Assembly (NCBI RefSeq): GCF_004010195.1
Contig: NC_057711.1
Coordinates: 73,013,470 to 73,036,197 of the forward strand
Length of the DNA: 22,728 bases
Source of the DNA: Chiloscyllium plagiosum
Taxonomy: Eukaryota
Direction of reading: 5' to 3'
A model generated the notes under the pieces. That model did not search any database and was not told the origin of the DNA. It saw nothing but the letters and a program-made list of their open reading frames with translations. A program made the translations under genes and the position numbers. Below are positions 1 through 12,150 of the stretch, one piece after another; the stretch's first letter is position 1, and every line of letters begins with the position of its first letter.

Positions 1-789
1 GTTCAGATTTAATTTCTTTACTGACTTGTGCTTATTTCAAAGGCGGTAAAGCAATACCATCTAAGCCCATTCTCCAATGCCATTCTTATAGCGTATTGCT
101 AAGATCAATTATGCTTTGCAAAGCAAATTACTCCAGCAATCTAACTGCTTTGACTATATAACTAGAAGTAGTTAAGGGGTTAAGAGAATGAATAAATTAT
201 TTTATCTATCTACAGAAAAATTACATTTGAATTCTTCAATTTAAAGGAAGTGACAGTCATAATAAAACACTATTATCTCCATTCTTTATTTCAGCTGGAT
301 TGTCGAAGTCTGTGACATTTTGAAATGTCATGGAGAAACCATGCAGATCAATTAAAATATTGCAAATGCCGAATGTTGCTTTTGTACATTTTTGTGAAAT
401 CTAATCTTTAGATGTGAAATTAAAATCATTTTTTATCTGATCTATGTTACCACTTCAACAACAACTACTTGCTATTGGATAGTGGCATCGAAAATATTTA
501 CAATGCAGGTACAGGCTTTCACTTCAAACAAATAATTTGCCAGTACTTGAGTCTTCTCAGGCTCTTCTCAGTTATCCCCAATAACATTCCTTTTCCATCT
601 TTCTCTCTTACGTCTCTGTCTAGATTCTCCTTGAATGTTCTTTGCCTCACTTCCAATTTCTGTTACGGTGTAATTTCAAAAACCATCTTAAAATGATTCA
701 TAAAGATATAATCAAAATTAACTAATATCAAACCAAAGGAAATATTATACAAAGTAACCAAGAATTAGAAGGGGACCTTTAAGATTTTT

Positions 790-1185
790 AAATATGGAAG
801 GAATTCCAGAACCTACATTGCTGAGGGTGATATTTCAAAGAATGTGGCACTGGAAAAGTGCAGCAGGTTAGGCAGCATTCGAGGAGCAGGACAGTTGATG
901 TTTTGGGCATAAACCCATCATCAGGAATCCTGAAGAACAGTTTATGCCCAAAACATTACCTCTCCTGCTCCTTGGATGCTGCCTGACCTGCTGTGCTTTT
1001 CCAGTGCAGCACTTTTTGATTCTGATCTCCAGCATCTACAGTCCTCACTTTCTCCTGAAGGAGATGATTATCCGGTGAAGGAGCAGATCCACTTTCAATG
1101 GAATAAAAGTTTTGGGTGCTATAGGAGGGGTGGAGGAGTTTAGACAAATATAATGCAGTTTGGTCTGTGAGGAATTTAAATTTTC
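790..1185 (-). mobile_element. Highly degraded L2-like LINE remnant, interrupted by the hairpin element at 835-1055
   Basis: 'ggaaggaattccagaacc...ctgaagg...gggtgctataggaggggtggaggagtttagacaaata' resembles the reverse complement of the 3' region of elasmobranch L2 elements as I recall it. Similarity is weak. Confidence 0.35.
835..1055. mobile_element. Fold-back Penelope-like (PLE) pLTR fragment, family A, copy 1
   Basis: Inverted arms centred on tcaggaatcctga (921-933). Each arm has a decayed hammerhead motif (minus strand CTGATGAtgggtttatgcccAAAAC). Right arm ends in ctcactttctcc like copies 2 and 4. Homologous to 8853-9184, 13080-13309 and 17170-17384. Confidence 0.8.
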
Positions 1186-1865
1186 CTCCTTAGGGTCAAG
1201 CTATCGGAGCCTCAGACTCTCCAGTTCTTTATTGTTCATCATGACAATACATAAAGGAGTAGAAAGAATAAAGGGGTATAGACTTCCCATTGGATCATTC
1301 CAATACTTCCTACTGTGGAGCTCCCTATGTCAGTGGTGGAAACATTAGCATTATTTCTCATCTCCACCAGATATAAACCTTTTGATTTGTACACAGTCAC
1401 TTTTACTGACTCTTCTAATTCATTGTCAGTGATGGAGCAGCCATCATTCTTCCATGTCAGTTCCGTAGTGTCCTCCTCCAAGGAAGTAAGGATGTGTAAA
1501 TATGGCAGCCTCCATGCTTCTTATTAATTCTCTCAAGCTGAACACTACAAACCTGAATTTGCACCAGTCAATGTAAGAGGGAGAGTTTTCTGGAAGGAAA
1601 TAAACACCCAGCTGGTTGAAATGGGGATAGGAGGCAGAGTTGCTGTCAGAAATATCTCTGCATCGTAGTGACAAGTACTCCGCTGTCTTTGCTGAACTTC
1701 CACAAGCTCTCTCGAAAGTGGTTAAATGAAGAAAGCATTGATATATCCTTGTCATGATCTGCTGGGATGCTGCCAGGGTTGGTGTGGATTTTGTCTCCAA
1801 GGGAAAACAAACAGTGGTCTTTTTTGTGTTGCAGGCGTACACAACCCTTAGTACAAAGGGAAAAG

Positions 1866-2079
1866 AAATCACACAACACCAGGTTATAATCCAACAGGCT
1901 TATTTGCAAGTACAAGCTTTCGGAGAGCTGCTCCTTCATCAGATAACTAGTGGGGCAAGATCATAGGACAGAGAACTAGAAATTCTTGTACTTTCAAATA
2001 AACCTGCTGGACTATAACTTGGTGTTGCATGATTTATAACTTTGTCCACTCCAGTCCAACACCGGCACCTCCACGTCAT
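1866..2079. mobile_element. Fold-back PLE pLTR fragment, family B
   Basis: 51-bp inverted arms at 1866-1916 and 1985-2035 (44/51 identical), with a hammerhead core on the minus strand at 1908-1942. Possible decayed TSD: tagtacaaagggaaa (1849-1863) and taatacgaaggaaat (2079-2093), 11/15 match. Confidence 0.75.
1908..1942 (-). ncRNA. Minimal type I hammerhead ribozyme motif (PLE-associated)
   Basis: Minus strand reads CTGATGA-A-GGAG-cagct-CTCC-GAAA-gcttgtactt: intact CUGANGA and GAAA boxes with a perfect 4-bp stem II. Stems I and III are not clearly resolved. Confidence 0.65.
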
Positions 2080-2330
2080 AATACGAAGGAAATGGCCAAT
2101 ATATTTTGAAATGTTGAATTTACATTTCATCTCACTAACTGTTCTGTTTCAAATTCTCAGGTTGTAATTTGGGGAAATCAGTTTTTTATTAATCTAACGA
2201 TGAAGTCAGAGGCATTGATTTACAGCAGTTGTTCCATCAGAGATGACAGAAGAGTCATTTATTTCCTTTTTGTGAACAGAAATCATTTCACTGAGCAGAG
2301 TTTTTGTGTTTTTTTCTATGTAGTTGGAAT

Positions 2331-2736
2331 GAGGATGTTACTGAGACTGGAGGGTTTGAGTTAGAGAAGGAGGCTGGAGATGCTGGGACTTTTTTCCCTG
2401 GAGCATAGAAGGTTGCAGGATGACCTTATAGAGTTTTACCAAGAGCACAGATAAGGTGAATAGCAAAATTCTTTTCCCCAGAGTAGGGGAGTTTAAAATT
2501 AGAGGGCATAGGTATAAGGTGAAAGGAGAAAGATTTAAAAAGAACCTGAGGGGGTGATACATATTTGAAATGAGCTGCCAGAGGGAGTAGTAGAAGCGAG
2601 TACAATTACAACATTTAAAAGACATTTGGACAGATATTTGAATAGGGAAGATTTCGAGGAATATGGGCCAAACACAGACAAATGAGACTAGTTGAGTTGG
2701 ACTGAAATGTCTGTTTCGGTGCTGTGTGACCCTAAG
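2331..2736 (+). mobile_element. 5'-truncated CR1-clade (HER1-like) LINE 3' end
   Basis: Decayed CR1 ORF2 C-terminus (ctgggactttttt...ctggagcatagaagg...gaccttatagag, LGLFSLE.RRL..DLIE-like; agagggcataggtataaggtgaaagg, RGH..KV-like), then a 3'UTR ending gttggactgaaatgtctgtttcggtgctgtgtgac. Confidence 0.8.
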
Positions 2737-3339
2737 TCAATAATGATATTAAAGTATCTATTCTTCAAATCCTACCCAACAGTGACACCTTTAGGAAATT
2801 AGAACTATTAATATCATGAACACAATTAGAAAAATTCAAAGCAAAGTGAAGCAATGGTAAAGCTGGAATGATGCAACTTGTGAAAAGTGAATTTGAGACA
2901 GACACCTAATTGTAGCACACTATGGATGAGTTTGCTGTTTTATGTCTGTCCATTAAAACATTAATGGAAGTGACTACACACTACACTGGGGGAAAAATGG
3001 GTGAAGAGTTTCTTTGGAGCTGCCACTTCATCGGGTATAACTCAGAAATGAAACTTCAATCATGTGTAAGTAGTGAAGTTACAATCACAAAGCAGGGACA
3101 TCTCTGACAAAATTTCCAGCTAAGGTTTTGTCTCCTCCATGAATGAATCATTTATCACTACCTCTGTACTAAGAGGAACAGGACACGGGCGACCTTTGTC
3201 TAAAGACACAAATCTGTAGCTGGTCTGTAACAGAAGAAGAAAAAAAAACACTATTAAGTCTGTAACCTCAGGGCCAAGTACACCAGCTGTAAGTTCACAA
3301 CCAAGCCCTACACTATTCTGATTGGTTCTGCAACAGTAA

Positions 3340-3452
3340 TCCTTCACTGTCACTCAGCCAAAATTGTGAAACTCCCTTCCAACACCACTACGATGTCCTT
3401 TCACCAAATAGACTGCAGCTATTCTACCTTCTACCTACCACCTTCTCAAGGT
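3340..3452 (+). mobile_element. Short decayed 3' end of a CR1/L2-like LINE
   Basis: ccttcactgtcact...aaactcccttccaacaccact...gactgcagc...accaccttctcaagg matches a recalled shark LINE 3' terminus. Confidence 0.5.
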
Positions 3453-6400
3453 AGGAAAATTAATGGTAGGAAAACTTCCAGCTTATTAATAATCATTTGC
3501 ACTGATATAACCCCATTAACATAAAACATCCCAAGGCTGAATTGCTGAACCATGGTTGGCACAAAAACAATGATTGTGTTACTCTCCTTAAAATATCACA
3601 ACTTTTCGAAGCGCAAATTAAAACATTTTTTAACGCATTTATATTGGTATTACACCAAAACTGCAAGAATGGACACACAAATTATTATCAACTTGAAAAT
3701 AGAGTGTTCTACATTGTTAGTGGTCCCCGTACTGCATCTATACATTAACATTCTTTCTATTCTGTAGAGCAGACCCTCAGGCTAATCAGCCTGTTCATCA
3801 CAGATGCTGTTCATCTCCAAAGCTACTATAAACAAATTAAAATAAAGGAAGCAATGTTACTTCATTGTTGAACCACATAAAAAGGCACCAGCATAAGGCT
3901 ACTGTGTTGATTATCAATCATTATAAGATCCCATGGTTTTGAACTGGGAGATAAAGTGGCCCAGCAAATATTTTCCCAGTATAGTAAATAGTCATTTGTT
4001 ATTTTGCAACATTGTGTATGTATATACAACAGTAAAAAGGTATGACTGACTGCAAAAACTCCATTTTTAAACATACCATTACATTATTTCCATACATAAC
4101 CAACACCTTTTCTCAATTACATTCTAATACAAATCACTTCCTTCATACACTGAAGAAACATAAATCAACATTTTTGAGGCCAGACACAATTTAATATAAA
4201 TGACAAAAGGGATCATTTAATTTCTAATTTGTATTTCCTAAATTTCTGTCTGACAACTTTAAACCTTGACTAAATACAATCTGTCTTTCAGACCTGTCTT
4301 TCCTCTTTGTTGCTCCTACCACAAAAATTCTTATTAGTTTCATTTGTTATTAAGTCACAGCAGTCTGGACAGCCAGTCGCCTGTCAAGTCATCAGTTCTT
4401 TCACATCTAAATTAAATTGCATACAAAATCCCATTATACCTACGAATAAAACCAACTCTTTGTAAATGTTATCCCAGCAGATAACCTGGCCATTTTCACT
4501 TTAATGAAACCATTAATCAATTCACAGTATGCATACTTGGGCTTTAGATGAAGGCCATTTAACATTGTGTTTAATCCAGTGCAGCAAACCATGCCATCAT
4601 CGTGGCATGAATAAAAATTTTTGGGTGATATTTGTCATGTTTGAAGGGGTCTGACACTTCATTAGTCACAAGTCGACTGCCTTGCGTTAGTGCGAGTCCA
4701 AGGAATAAGTAGTCAACAATGCAGCCAGTAACTATTTCATTTTGGGAATTACCTCTGTATTTTTTGATTGTAGCAAGACACAAATCACAACCATTTTACA
4801 GAATCATTGCTCAAAAAATGCAAACCCTGCTATCTCTAATCATGTCAAAATTGAATTTAAGATTGTAGCTCAGAAAATAACCCAATGAATGTAATTTTAG
4901 TGGTCGCTTTTTGCCCTCACTTGGTGCCTTCCATACACAACCAAAGAGAAATGCTGACAGAGAGAAAAACATCTTAATTTTATAAAATTCTCCTGCTCAT
5001 CAACTTTTACATTAGTAATCCATACCATCTATTGGCTAAAGCAAAGATTCTTTTGCATACAATATTAGTGAAGTTAATATTTCTATGCACAGCACTGAAA
5101 GCCAAAATAAGAAATAGATAACAGTTTGTGTAATTGGAATCACAGACCAGTTACTGTATAAAGATGAATAGTGTTTTGTGCAAGTTAGAATAGAAAAAGA
5201 CTGTAGGCATCATGATCATTTTGCTTCTGCATTATATCTCATTATATAATGAAAGGGAAATGCATTCTAGTCAATCATCCTTTGACTTTAAATATAATAA
5301 AAGGAGGTTTCATATCTATGTTTTTATTCATCTTTACATTTTACATTAAATTACATATTAAAGAAACTCTGAGAGGAAATGCTTCATGTAGGATTTCCAC
5401 CTCCTATCAAACACAAACCAAATAAGGTGCAAGATTTTGCAGTTGATGAGTATTTATTCTCTAATTTATCATGCATTATAGGCAGATGTAATATCAATAT
5501 AGTGATAAACAAGTTTATTAACTTTTTTTTATTTCAGACAGTCAAATGGGCAAATGAACATTTGTTATATGCATAGTAATTTACAGTTGTTTACTGCTTG
5601 TCAACTAATAAATATCACAGATGTCTTTCAAGTTGAATTTAAAAAAAGTTGCTGGGGAAATAAAATCTTCCCATCCAAAAATCAAATCAATGTTGTCAGT
5701 TTATGGTGCTATAAAGACCCACCACTGGTAGCATAATGGAAAATTCTCCTAGAATTTACAGGGTCTGTTCTTAATCAGCAGCACTTACAAAATCAGAGCA
5801 TAAGAAATGATGTATAAAGCATCTCTTGTGGTACCATTATTAGTCATAAAACAGAGCAATAAGGAATTACTAAATTTTGCTGATAAATTTACAGACATCT
5901 TCCTTGATTACACCCAGGATTATGAAATGATTCACCAGAAAAGCTTCACCATTAACAGAACTGCAGAACATTATTGCACCATACAAGCATTACACATTCC
6001 AGTTAAGCTTATGAACTATCTATTGAGTCAAGATGCCTTTATTAATGCATTATGAATTGAGTCTTCACTAAAACAATGATGTGTCAAAAAACCTATTAGC
6101 TCTTTGGTTCATACCAAACATTATATATATTGCAGCTCGAGAATTTTCAGTTTGAAAAGAATCATTTCTGTATAATTCTCTCAGAATTTTAAGACAAATT
6201 GACAATATTATTATACAATTGTAACACAAGTCTAGCATAAATAATTCAAATAGTTCACACCTCCAGAAAGTAAAAGCTTTTGTTTGGTTTATAAGAATAT
6301 TGGTTTTTGATTTCCATTTAAATTTTTAGGCAACTAAATGACCAAAATTAATTTAAAAAACACCAGTGAATAGACATGGAGATAACATTTGTACCACAAC

Positions 6401-8134
6401 AGCAAATGTTCAAATTCCTAATCATTTTTTTAAAAATCCTGTTTATCCCAATACATGAATACTAGTCATTGCCATTCACTAATGAACCTAGTTTCCTAAA
6501 CAAGTTAACATGGAGACTTTGAGAAACAACTTGAACTGGAGATTCGGGTGGAACGAAGATACAGATGGCTATACTTTATTTCTATAAATAAGACATGAAT
6601 CCACAAGACTAATCTTTGGTTATGTGCATGTCTTTGTGCAGATTAGCACCAACCATCACTGCTTATTATCATAAGGAATGTGATTGCTAATGAAACAAAT
6701 GAAGAATTTTAACTGCTACAATATGTACAATCATAAGAACTTGGGCAATATTATCTAATAGGGTTTATGACCACAGCACAAAGACTGTAAAAACTCTCAG
6801 ACTTTCTCCATATAGTGAGCTAATAATTAGTTTTCACTCCTGCTTTAAAGCATTTGAGTAATGATTGCTCTAAAAAAAAGTCAAAGATTTGATTATGCAC
6901 TAAAAGAAAGTTTCCAGCACCCTATCATAAATATCAAGGGCAAGCCTGCCTCTCTTTAGCCATTAGTCCATTAATTGATACAAAGCAAAGATTTCCACTG
7001 CTTCAGAAAGAGGTTTACCTTAATAGAGCTGCCAGCTAATTGGATGCCAGCATTTCTCCAGTACAAGCACCACTTATTGTAACTACCTATGCTATCAAAG
7101 TAAACATCAGGAATGAACATGGACCTCTGGCTAACCAATGACTCAGCAATGACAGGCTGGTGGACATATGGGATATGTTCAACAGTGCCAAGTTGAATGC
7201 AGTGAGGAAATTCATTTGGGGGTGTGCATCTGTTTGGCACCAGGGTTCAGAAAGGAGCCAAGCCTCCCCTTTTTTAACCAGTCAGCAGCCCTCCAGGGTC
7301 AAATCTGATGGCTGAACATTGAGCACTCCCTTCTCCTGCTGCCATACGAATCTGACTGTTAGCAACAAAACGCCCTTCAGTGGGAATTTAATGTTGGACA
7401 ATGAGCAGATAGTCCACTATTCATAAAACTGCAGCATGAGTGAGAACAGGTGTACTATTGTTGGGCAGACTGCAAATAGCGCAGCATCCTATTTTATCAA
7501 CCCATTTACCAGTTTTCTCACAGGTAAAAGCCAAACCCAAGTATATATATATAATATATATTATTGATTACATTTTGTATTATGAAATTGGGATGTGTGA
7601 AATCTCATTGGTTTTAATTCATATTATTCTTTCTTATGAGTTCCAGTAGCTCGTACTTCTAATTTGATTGAATAAATGCCATAATGATTCTGAAGCAGAG
7701 CAAAGCAACTTGTTTAAAGCAGAATGTCCTTCTCAATGTAAAGCTAATAACATTTTTAAAAGCTATGGCAGATTAACATTTCCTCCAATACTATTGCAAG
7801 ACTGTCTAGACACACGTCTGCATCAGTGCATCATATCCATTTCTTACAATTATCCTCGTGGGCTAAGTAAGACTGCCAGCTGAATGCTTTTGAACACTGG
7901 ACAACTGTATGTTTATTTGTTGTTAATGTTGCCTTGACACAGTAAAGAATATTCATTTTAGTTCAGTGCTACATTGCATTGGAGGGAAAACTTTATTCAG
8001 GTACCCTGTCTTATATGAGTATGAGGAGTTCTAATTCTTACATTGGTTACAATAAGTAAAAGTATCATCTATTTTCCAGGAATAACATTATTTAATAAAT
8101 GCAAGACATTACAAACAAGGTGAAGTCCTTTTAA

Positions 8135-8312
8135 AAAGAAACATTTACATCATGACTTTTGCAAGTGCAGGTCTTTTTCAAGTTACTCTACAGCCAAGTA
8201 TTTTTAAAAACACTGTCATTTTTGTTATTTAGAAAACCTAGCAGCCAATTTGTACACAAATTCCCACAAACAGCAGTGTAATAACAATTAGGTAATCATT
8301 TTTTAGTGTGTG
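8135..8312 (-). mobile_element. 3' part of a SacSINE1/DeuSINE-like SINE
   Basis: tacagccaagtatttt...gcagccaatttgtacaca..attcccacaaacagcagtgtaata matches the reverse complement of the recalled 3' half. Related to 19020-19127. Confidence 0.6.
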
Positions 8313-8852
8313 AAATTTAGTTCAAAATAGCCTATGGAGCTTTGAATTCTTTGTCTAAACTTTAGGTTTCACCCATATCATATGACCAGATACCTCTCAA
8401 GCTGTTTACTATAATCCTCCCAAAGTATTCTGTCTTTGGTGAGATAAGAAATAAGAACATAAATAAGTCATTTAGCCCATCAACACTTTCCTGCCATAGA
8501 GGAAGGCCATGGTGGTCTCTCTGGGGCTTGAATTCAACTTTACTGCCAGTCCCTATAACCAATGACTCACATGTCAATCAAAAATTTAATACATTTAGCC
8601 TTCAATATATTCGATAACCTGGCTAATACTGCTCACTAGGAAAGAAAATTCCAAACACAAAAGAACCCCCTCAGAGAATAAATTCCTCTTCATTTCCATC
8701 AAAAACTGGAGTTATCTTATTATTAAACTTATCACCTGGTTCTAGACCCCCCACGACAAAGAGAAAACATCATCTCCCTAGCTACTGTTAACCTTTTCAG
8801 TTTCTTACATATTTGACTAAGCTCACTTTCTATTCTTCTAAACTTCAGTGAG

Positions 8853-9184
8853 AGAGAGGAGGAGAACTTCTTTAAAATCGGCATCTTTGGAAGAGGCTTC
8901 GCATGTCAGGTTAAAATCAACTGGGAGAAAGTGAGGACCGCAGATGTTGGAGATCAGAGTCGAGAACGTGGTGCTGGAAAAGCACAGCAGATCAGGCAGC
9001 ATCCAAGGAGCAGGAGAATCAATGTTTCGGGCATAAGCCTTTCATCAGAAATGAGCTCATTCCTAATGAGCTTATGCCTGAAACGTCGATTCTCCTGCTC
9101 CTCCGATCCTGCCTGACCTGCTGTGCTTTTCCAGCACCACATTCTCAACTCTGAGCTCCAGCATCTGCGGTTCTCACTTTCTCC
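8853..9184. mobile_element. Fold-back PLE pLTR fragment, family A, copy 2, inserted in the CR1 with a TSD
   Basis: About 130-bp inverted arms (8924-9055 and 9056-9184) centred on the palindrome atgagctcat (9051-9060), plus about 70 bp of extra element sequence on the left. TSD: ctaaacttcagtgag (8838-8852) and ctaaactccagtgag (9184-9198), 14/15 match. Confidence 0.85.
9021..9048 (-). ncRNA. Minimal hammerhead ribozyme motif (PLE-associated)
   Basis: Minus strand reads CTGATGA-A-aGGC-ttat-GCCc-GAAAC-att. Both core boxes are intact; stem II has one mismatch. Confidence 0.55.
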
Positions 9185-11504
9185 TAAACTCCAGTGAGTA
9201 CAGGTCTGACTTGCTGAACATTTCCTCATATGACAATCGTTCACCCCAGGATTAGCCTAGAGTACTTTTCTAAATTGCTTCCTATGCAAGCATATGCTAC
9301 AGTACTCAACAATGACCTGTGAAGCAATAGCTTCCTTATACTTCTATAGTATATCACATTTGCAATCAAGGCCAACGTTCTATTTAAATTCTTAATTATT
9401 TCCAGTTTCTGCATGTTGGTCTTTTTGCAATTCATGAACAAGGTTAATCATGTTTTGCAGTACTGTAACATTCTGCAGTTTCTCATGCGTTTTTCATTTT
9501 TCCTGTCAAAATGGAAAAGTCTGCATTATGCTTCATCTGCAAGTTTTTAATCTTATTTAATCTTTCTAGATATTTTTGCAGACCTATTGATTTCTCTTTA
9601 CAAATTGTCTTTCTAGCTACCTTTGTACTGTTAGCAAATCTGGATACAGTCAAGCCTTCTTCCAAGTAGCTAATACATAGTACAAGCTCCAACACTGATC
9701 TTTGTGGTACTCCACTCATTACAGAGTATAAACCTGAAAACAATCCACTGGTAATGACATTTTTTCCTATTAGTTGGCCTATCCTTTAATTTGGCCCATC
9801 ACTAATCTCTTCAATATTGTACACTTTCATTCAATTTTGTAACATCCTTAACTTCTCAAGTTAGCAACAGATGGTGCATCCTGCTCAAAAGAATTTTCCC
9901 TCTCAATAGAATTTAACTTTATTGACTGTTCTGAAATCTCTCCTCAATGTCTCCCTGAGGTGAAGCAGTAAGACAATAGTGAAACTATTTTCCCAGACCA
10001 ATTTAGACAACTCTGTCTTCCTCTCCCCTTGTCATTGTCTTTAAGATACTATTTTCGAACTCAATTTCATCACCCTCAATCTGAATGTGAAATTCTTTCA
10101 AGTTACAATCACTCTTTTCTCAATGATCCTTTATAATGATGTCATTTACGAATCCTGATTAATTATACATTTTCTGATCTAAAATAAAATTCGCTCTGGT
10201 AGATTCCAGAATAGATAGATTATTATAAGAAAAAACAATGAACTCATCCTCCAAGTGTCCTTTGCCAATTTGTTTTGTCCAATTGAAATTAAGATATCCC
10301 AAGATTATGGCAATGCCTGTCTTAATGTCCTAATTATTGCTTGATTTCTACTTTATCCTCCAATAAAGCTATTGGCAGAGCTTATAAAATTACTCCCACC
10401 AGTGAATCTTTCTTTTTCTAGTTCTGATCTAAACCTGAAGTACTTCAATGTTTTCATCTCTAAAACAAGGTCATGTCCCATTACTGTACTGCATCAGCCT
10501 TGATTAACAGAGCTATGTAACCTCCTTTTCCTTTCTTCCTGTCCTTCTGAAATGTCAAATTTGCTTGACTATTGGATTCCAGTCAGGATCTCTTTAAAGT
10601 TGCAATTCTGTATGGAGCTGACTGTCCTGGCTACACTGTGTGGGAAAATTCAGCTGGCATTGGACAAGAGGCATACCAGAGGGATACAGAAGCTAATTTA
10701 GGATGAGAGACTGAGAAAATACATGGAGAGAAACCTTCTATGAAACTCAATGATATTGATGGCATTGCCAAAGTATGGTAATATTCAGTCCATCCACACA
10801 GGCAGCAAAAATCTCAAACCCATTGCAAGGGCTGAAGCTTCTTCATTAATAACTCCTGGATCCCCATACCTACTGGTCCTGGAGTCACAACTTTAAGTCT
10901 TTGTATACCCACCAAATCTCGGGAATTCAGCATAAGGAGTGTGACCACTGACCGGAACAAATATCCAGCTATACTTCCCCTTCCCTGAGCCTGGACTCCA
11001 ATTTATCAAAACCAAGTTGAACTTTTTGAAACTAGTACTTACTACAGATGTGATTGATGTGAACATTAAAGATAGAAACTAGATCCCTCCCCATTCACAA
11101 CCACCCCATTCTGCAGCTGAAACACATTATATACATCCACATCTTATTTCTAATTAAATAAATAGTTTTCAAGTCATCACTTAATGGTCATTTATGGTTA
11201 CAATTTAGAGTTTAACTCTTTACACTACAATATAATATTTACATTGCCCAGCATCAGATTAAATTACTGATGGAACTTTGAGGGGGAGAAAAAGACCTTA
11301 AGAAACACTAATGACCTACCTGTAAACCTAATGCCTCCAGGCTTCAACTTACATATACGTCTCTGCCTCCAGTTCCCTTTTTTGAACCACTTGAACAAAA
11401 GCACAATGAACTATTTCATGTTAATGCTGTATTTTATATATATCCAAACTCTATCCTTAATTTCTAACTGCTTTCGGTCTTAATGTGGTTTGAGGAATGG
11501 CTTT

Positions 11505-11740
11505 TTGCCAGGAGTGTAATACTGTTCCTACAAACAATAGTTAATGGAATCATTTCCATAATCTGAGAGGATAGAGGTCTCAGCTGAAGATCTCAATCAA
11601 GAAAGGCACCTTTGACATTTCAGCATCTCCTTTCTACTGCACTGTGGTCTCAGCTCATAACATATGTTCAATTCTCAGGAGTAGATCTCAAACCCTCAAT
11701 GTCCTGGCTCAAAGGCTAGAGTACTACCAATAGAACTACA
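11505..11740 (-). mobile_element. 5' part (tRNA-derived head and conserved central domain) of a SacSINE1/DeuSINE-like SINE
   Basis: Minus strand begins gtagttctattggtagtactctagcctttgagccaggacattgagggtttgagatct (decayed A and B boxes), followed by cagtgcagtagaaaggagatgctg...aggtgcctttc, matching the recalled family body. Confidence 0.65.
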
Positions 11741-12089
11741 ATATGTAAGGCAGGACTAAGTCAACACTAAATCTTTGAATGAGATGGTTCAACCTTGTGT
11801 TGCTTGGACTAGAAGTATGAAGGAGTCAAGAATTGTCATCGCTTCTCTCCGAATTAAGTTCCTGGAGTTGGAGTAGGCCACAAATCCTCATTTCCACTCA
11901 GCTGGTAAAGGGGCTACTACGTGTCCATTGGTAACCTCTGTTTCTAACCTTGCTGAAATAGGTGGAGTGATGGCAGCTTCATTCAAGTAAATTTACTGTC
12001 ACTGGAGACACCTCATGTGCCCAGGAAGGAGATGGATGGTTGCGTGAGAAAAATGAGACGAGAAGTTGAAAGGCCACAGCAAATAACTT

Positions 12090-12150
12090 GCCAGCAATAT
12101 CTGTTTGTGTTTCTAATTTCCAGCATCTGCAGTTCTTTCCGTTTTTATTT
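12090..12150 (+). mobile_element. Small terminal fragment of a related PLE pLTR
   Basis: ccagcaatatctgtttgtgtttctaatttccagcatctgcagttcttt shares tccagcatctgcagt with the family A arms. Confidence 0.5.

Larger units (their letters stand above)
8445..11130 (-). mobile_element. Old, internally deleted CR1 LINE (ORF1, endonuclease and RT remnants, 3'UTR)
   Basis: Minus-strand ORF 9483-9743 gives SGVPQRSVL and VSRFANSTKV (decayed GVPQGSVL and FADDTK RT motifs). About 10520-10555 on the minus strand reads FRRTGRKEKE, resembling the endonuclease FRKDR..GKGG region. The 3'UTR-like end lies near 8445. The ORF1 assignment at about 10800-11130 is weaker. Confidence 0.7.

Noticed and set aside
835..1055. 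Family A elements as MITEs or miRNA genes
   Set aside because: Arms are asymmetric, apices differ between copies, TSDs are long and variable, and hammerhead motifs are present. This fits PLE retro-products better. The TSD of this copy (ctgagggtgat and ctgaaggagat) is too decayed to call.
1239..1872. Overlapping minus-strand ORFs of 142 and 80 aa as a frameshifted gene or retroelement
   Set aside because: No recognisable domain motifs. The start lies within a PLE fragment and the lengths are compatible with chance.
2131..2160. Plus-strand branch point (cactaac), pyrimidine tract and AG; similar acceptor-like motifs at about 295, 1834 and 5537
   Set aside because: No matching donor or recognisable coding sequence, and such motifs are frequent in AT-rich DNA.
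6971..7240. 89-aa minus-strand ORF containing an AG|GTAAAC donor-like site
   Set aside because: No convincing acceptor and no recognisable protein similarity.
8931..9244. ORFs sharing WKSTAGQA with ORF 956-1147, suggesting paralogous peptides
   Set aside because: The similarity comes from the non-coding hairpin repeat.
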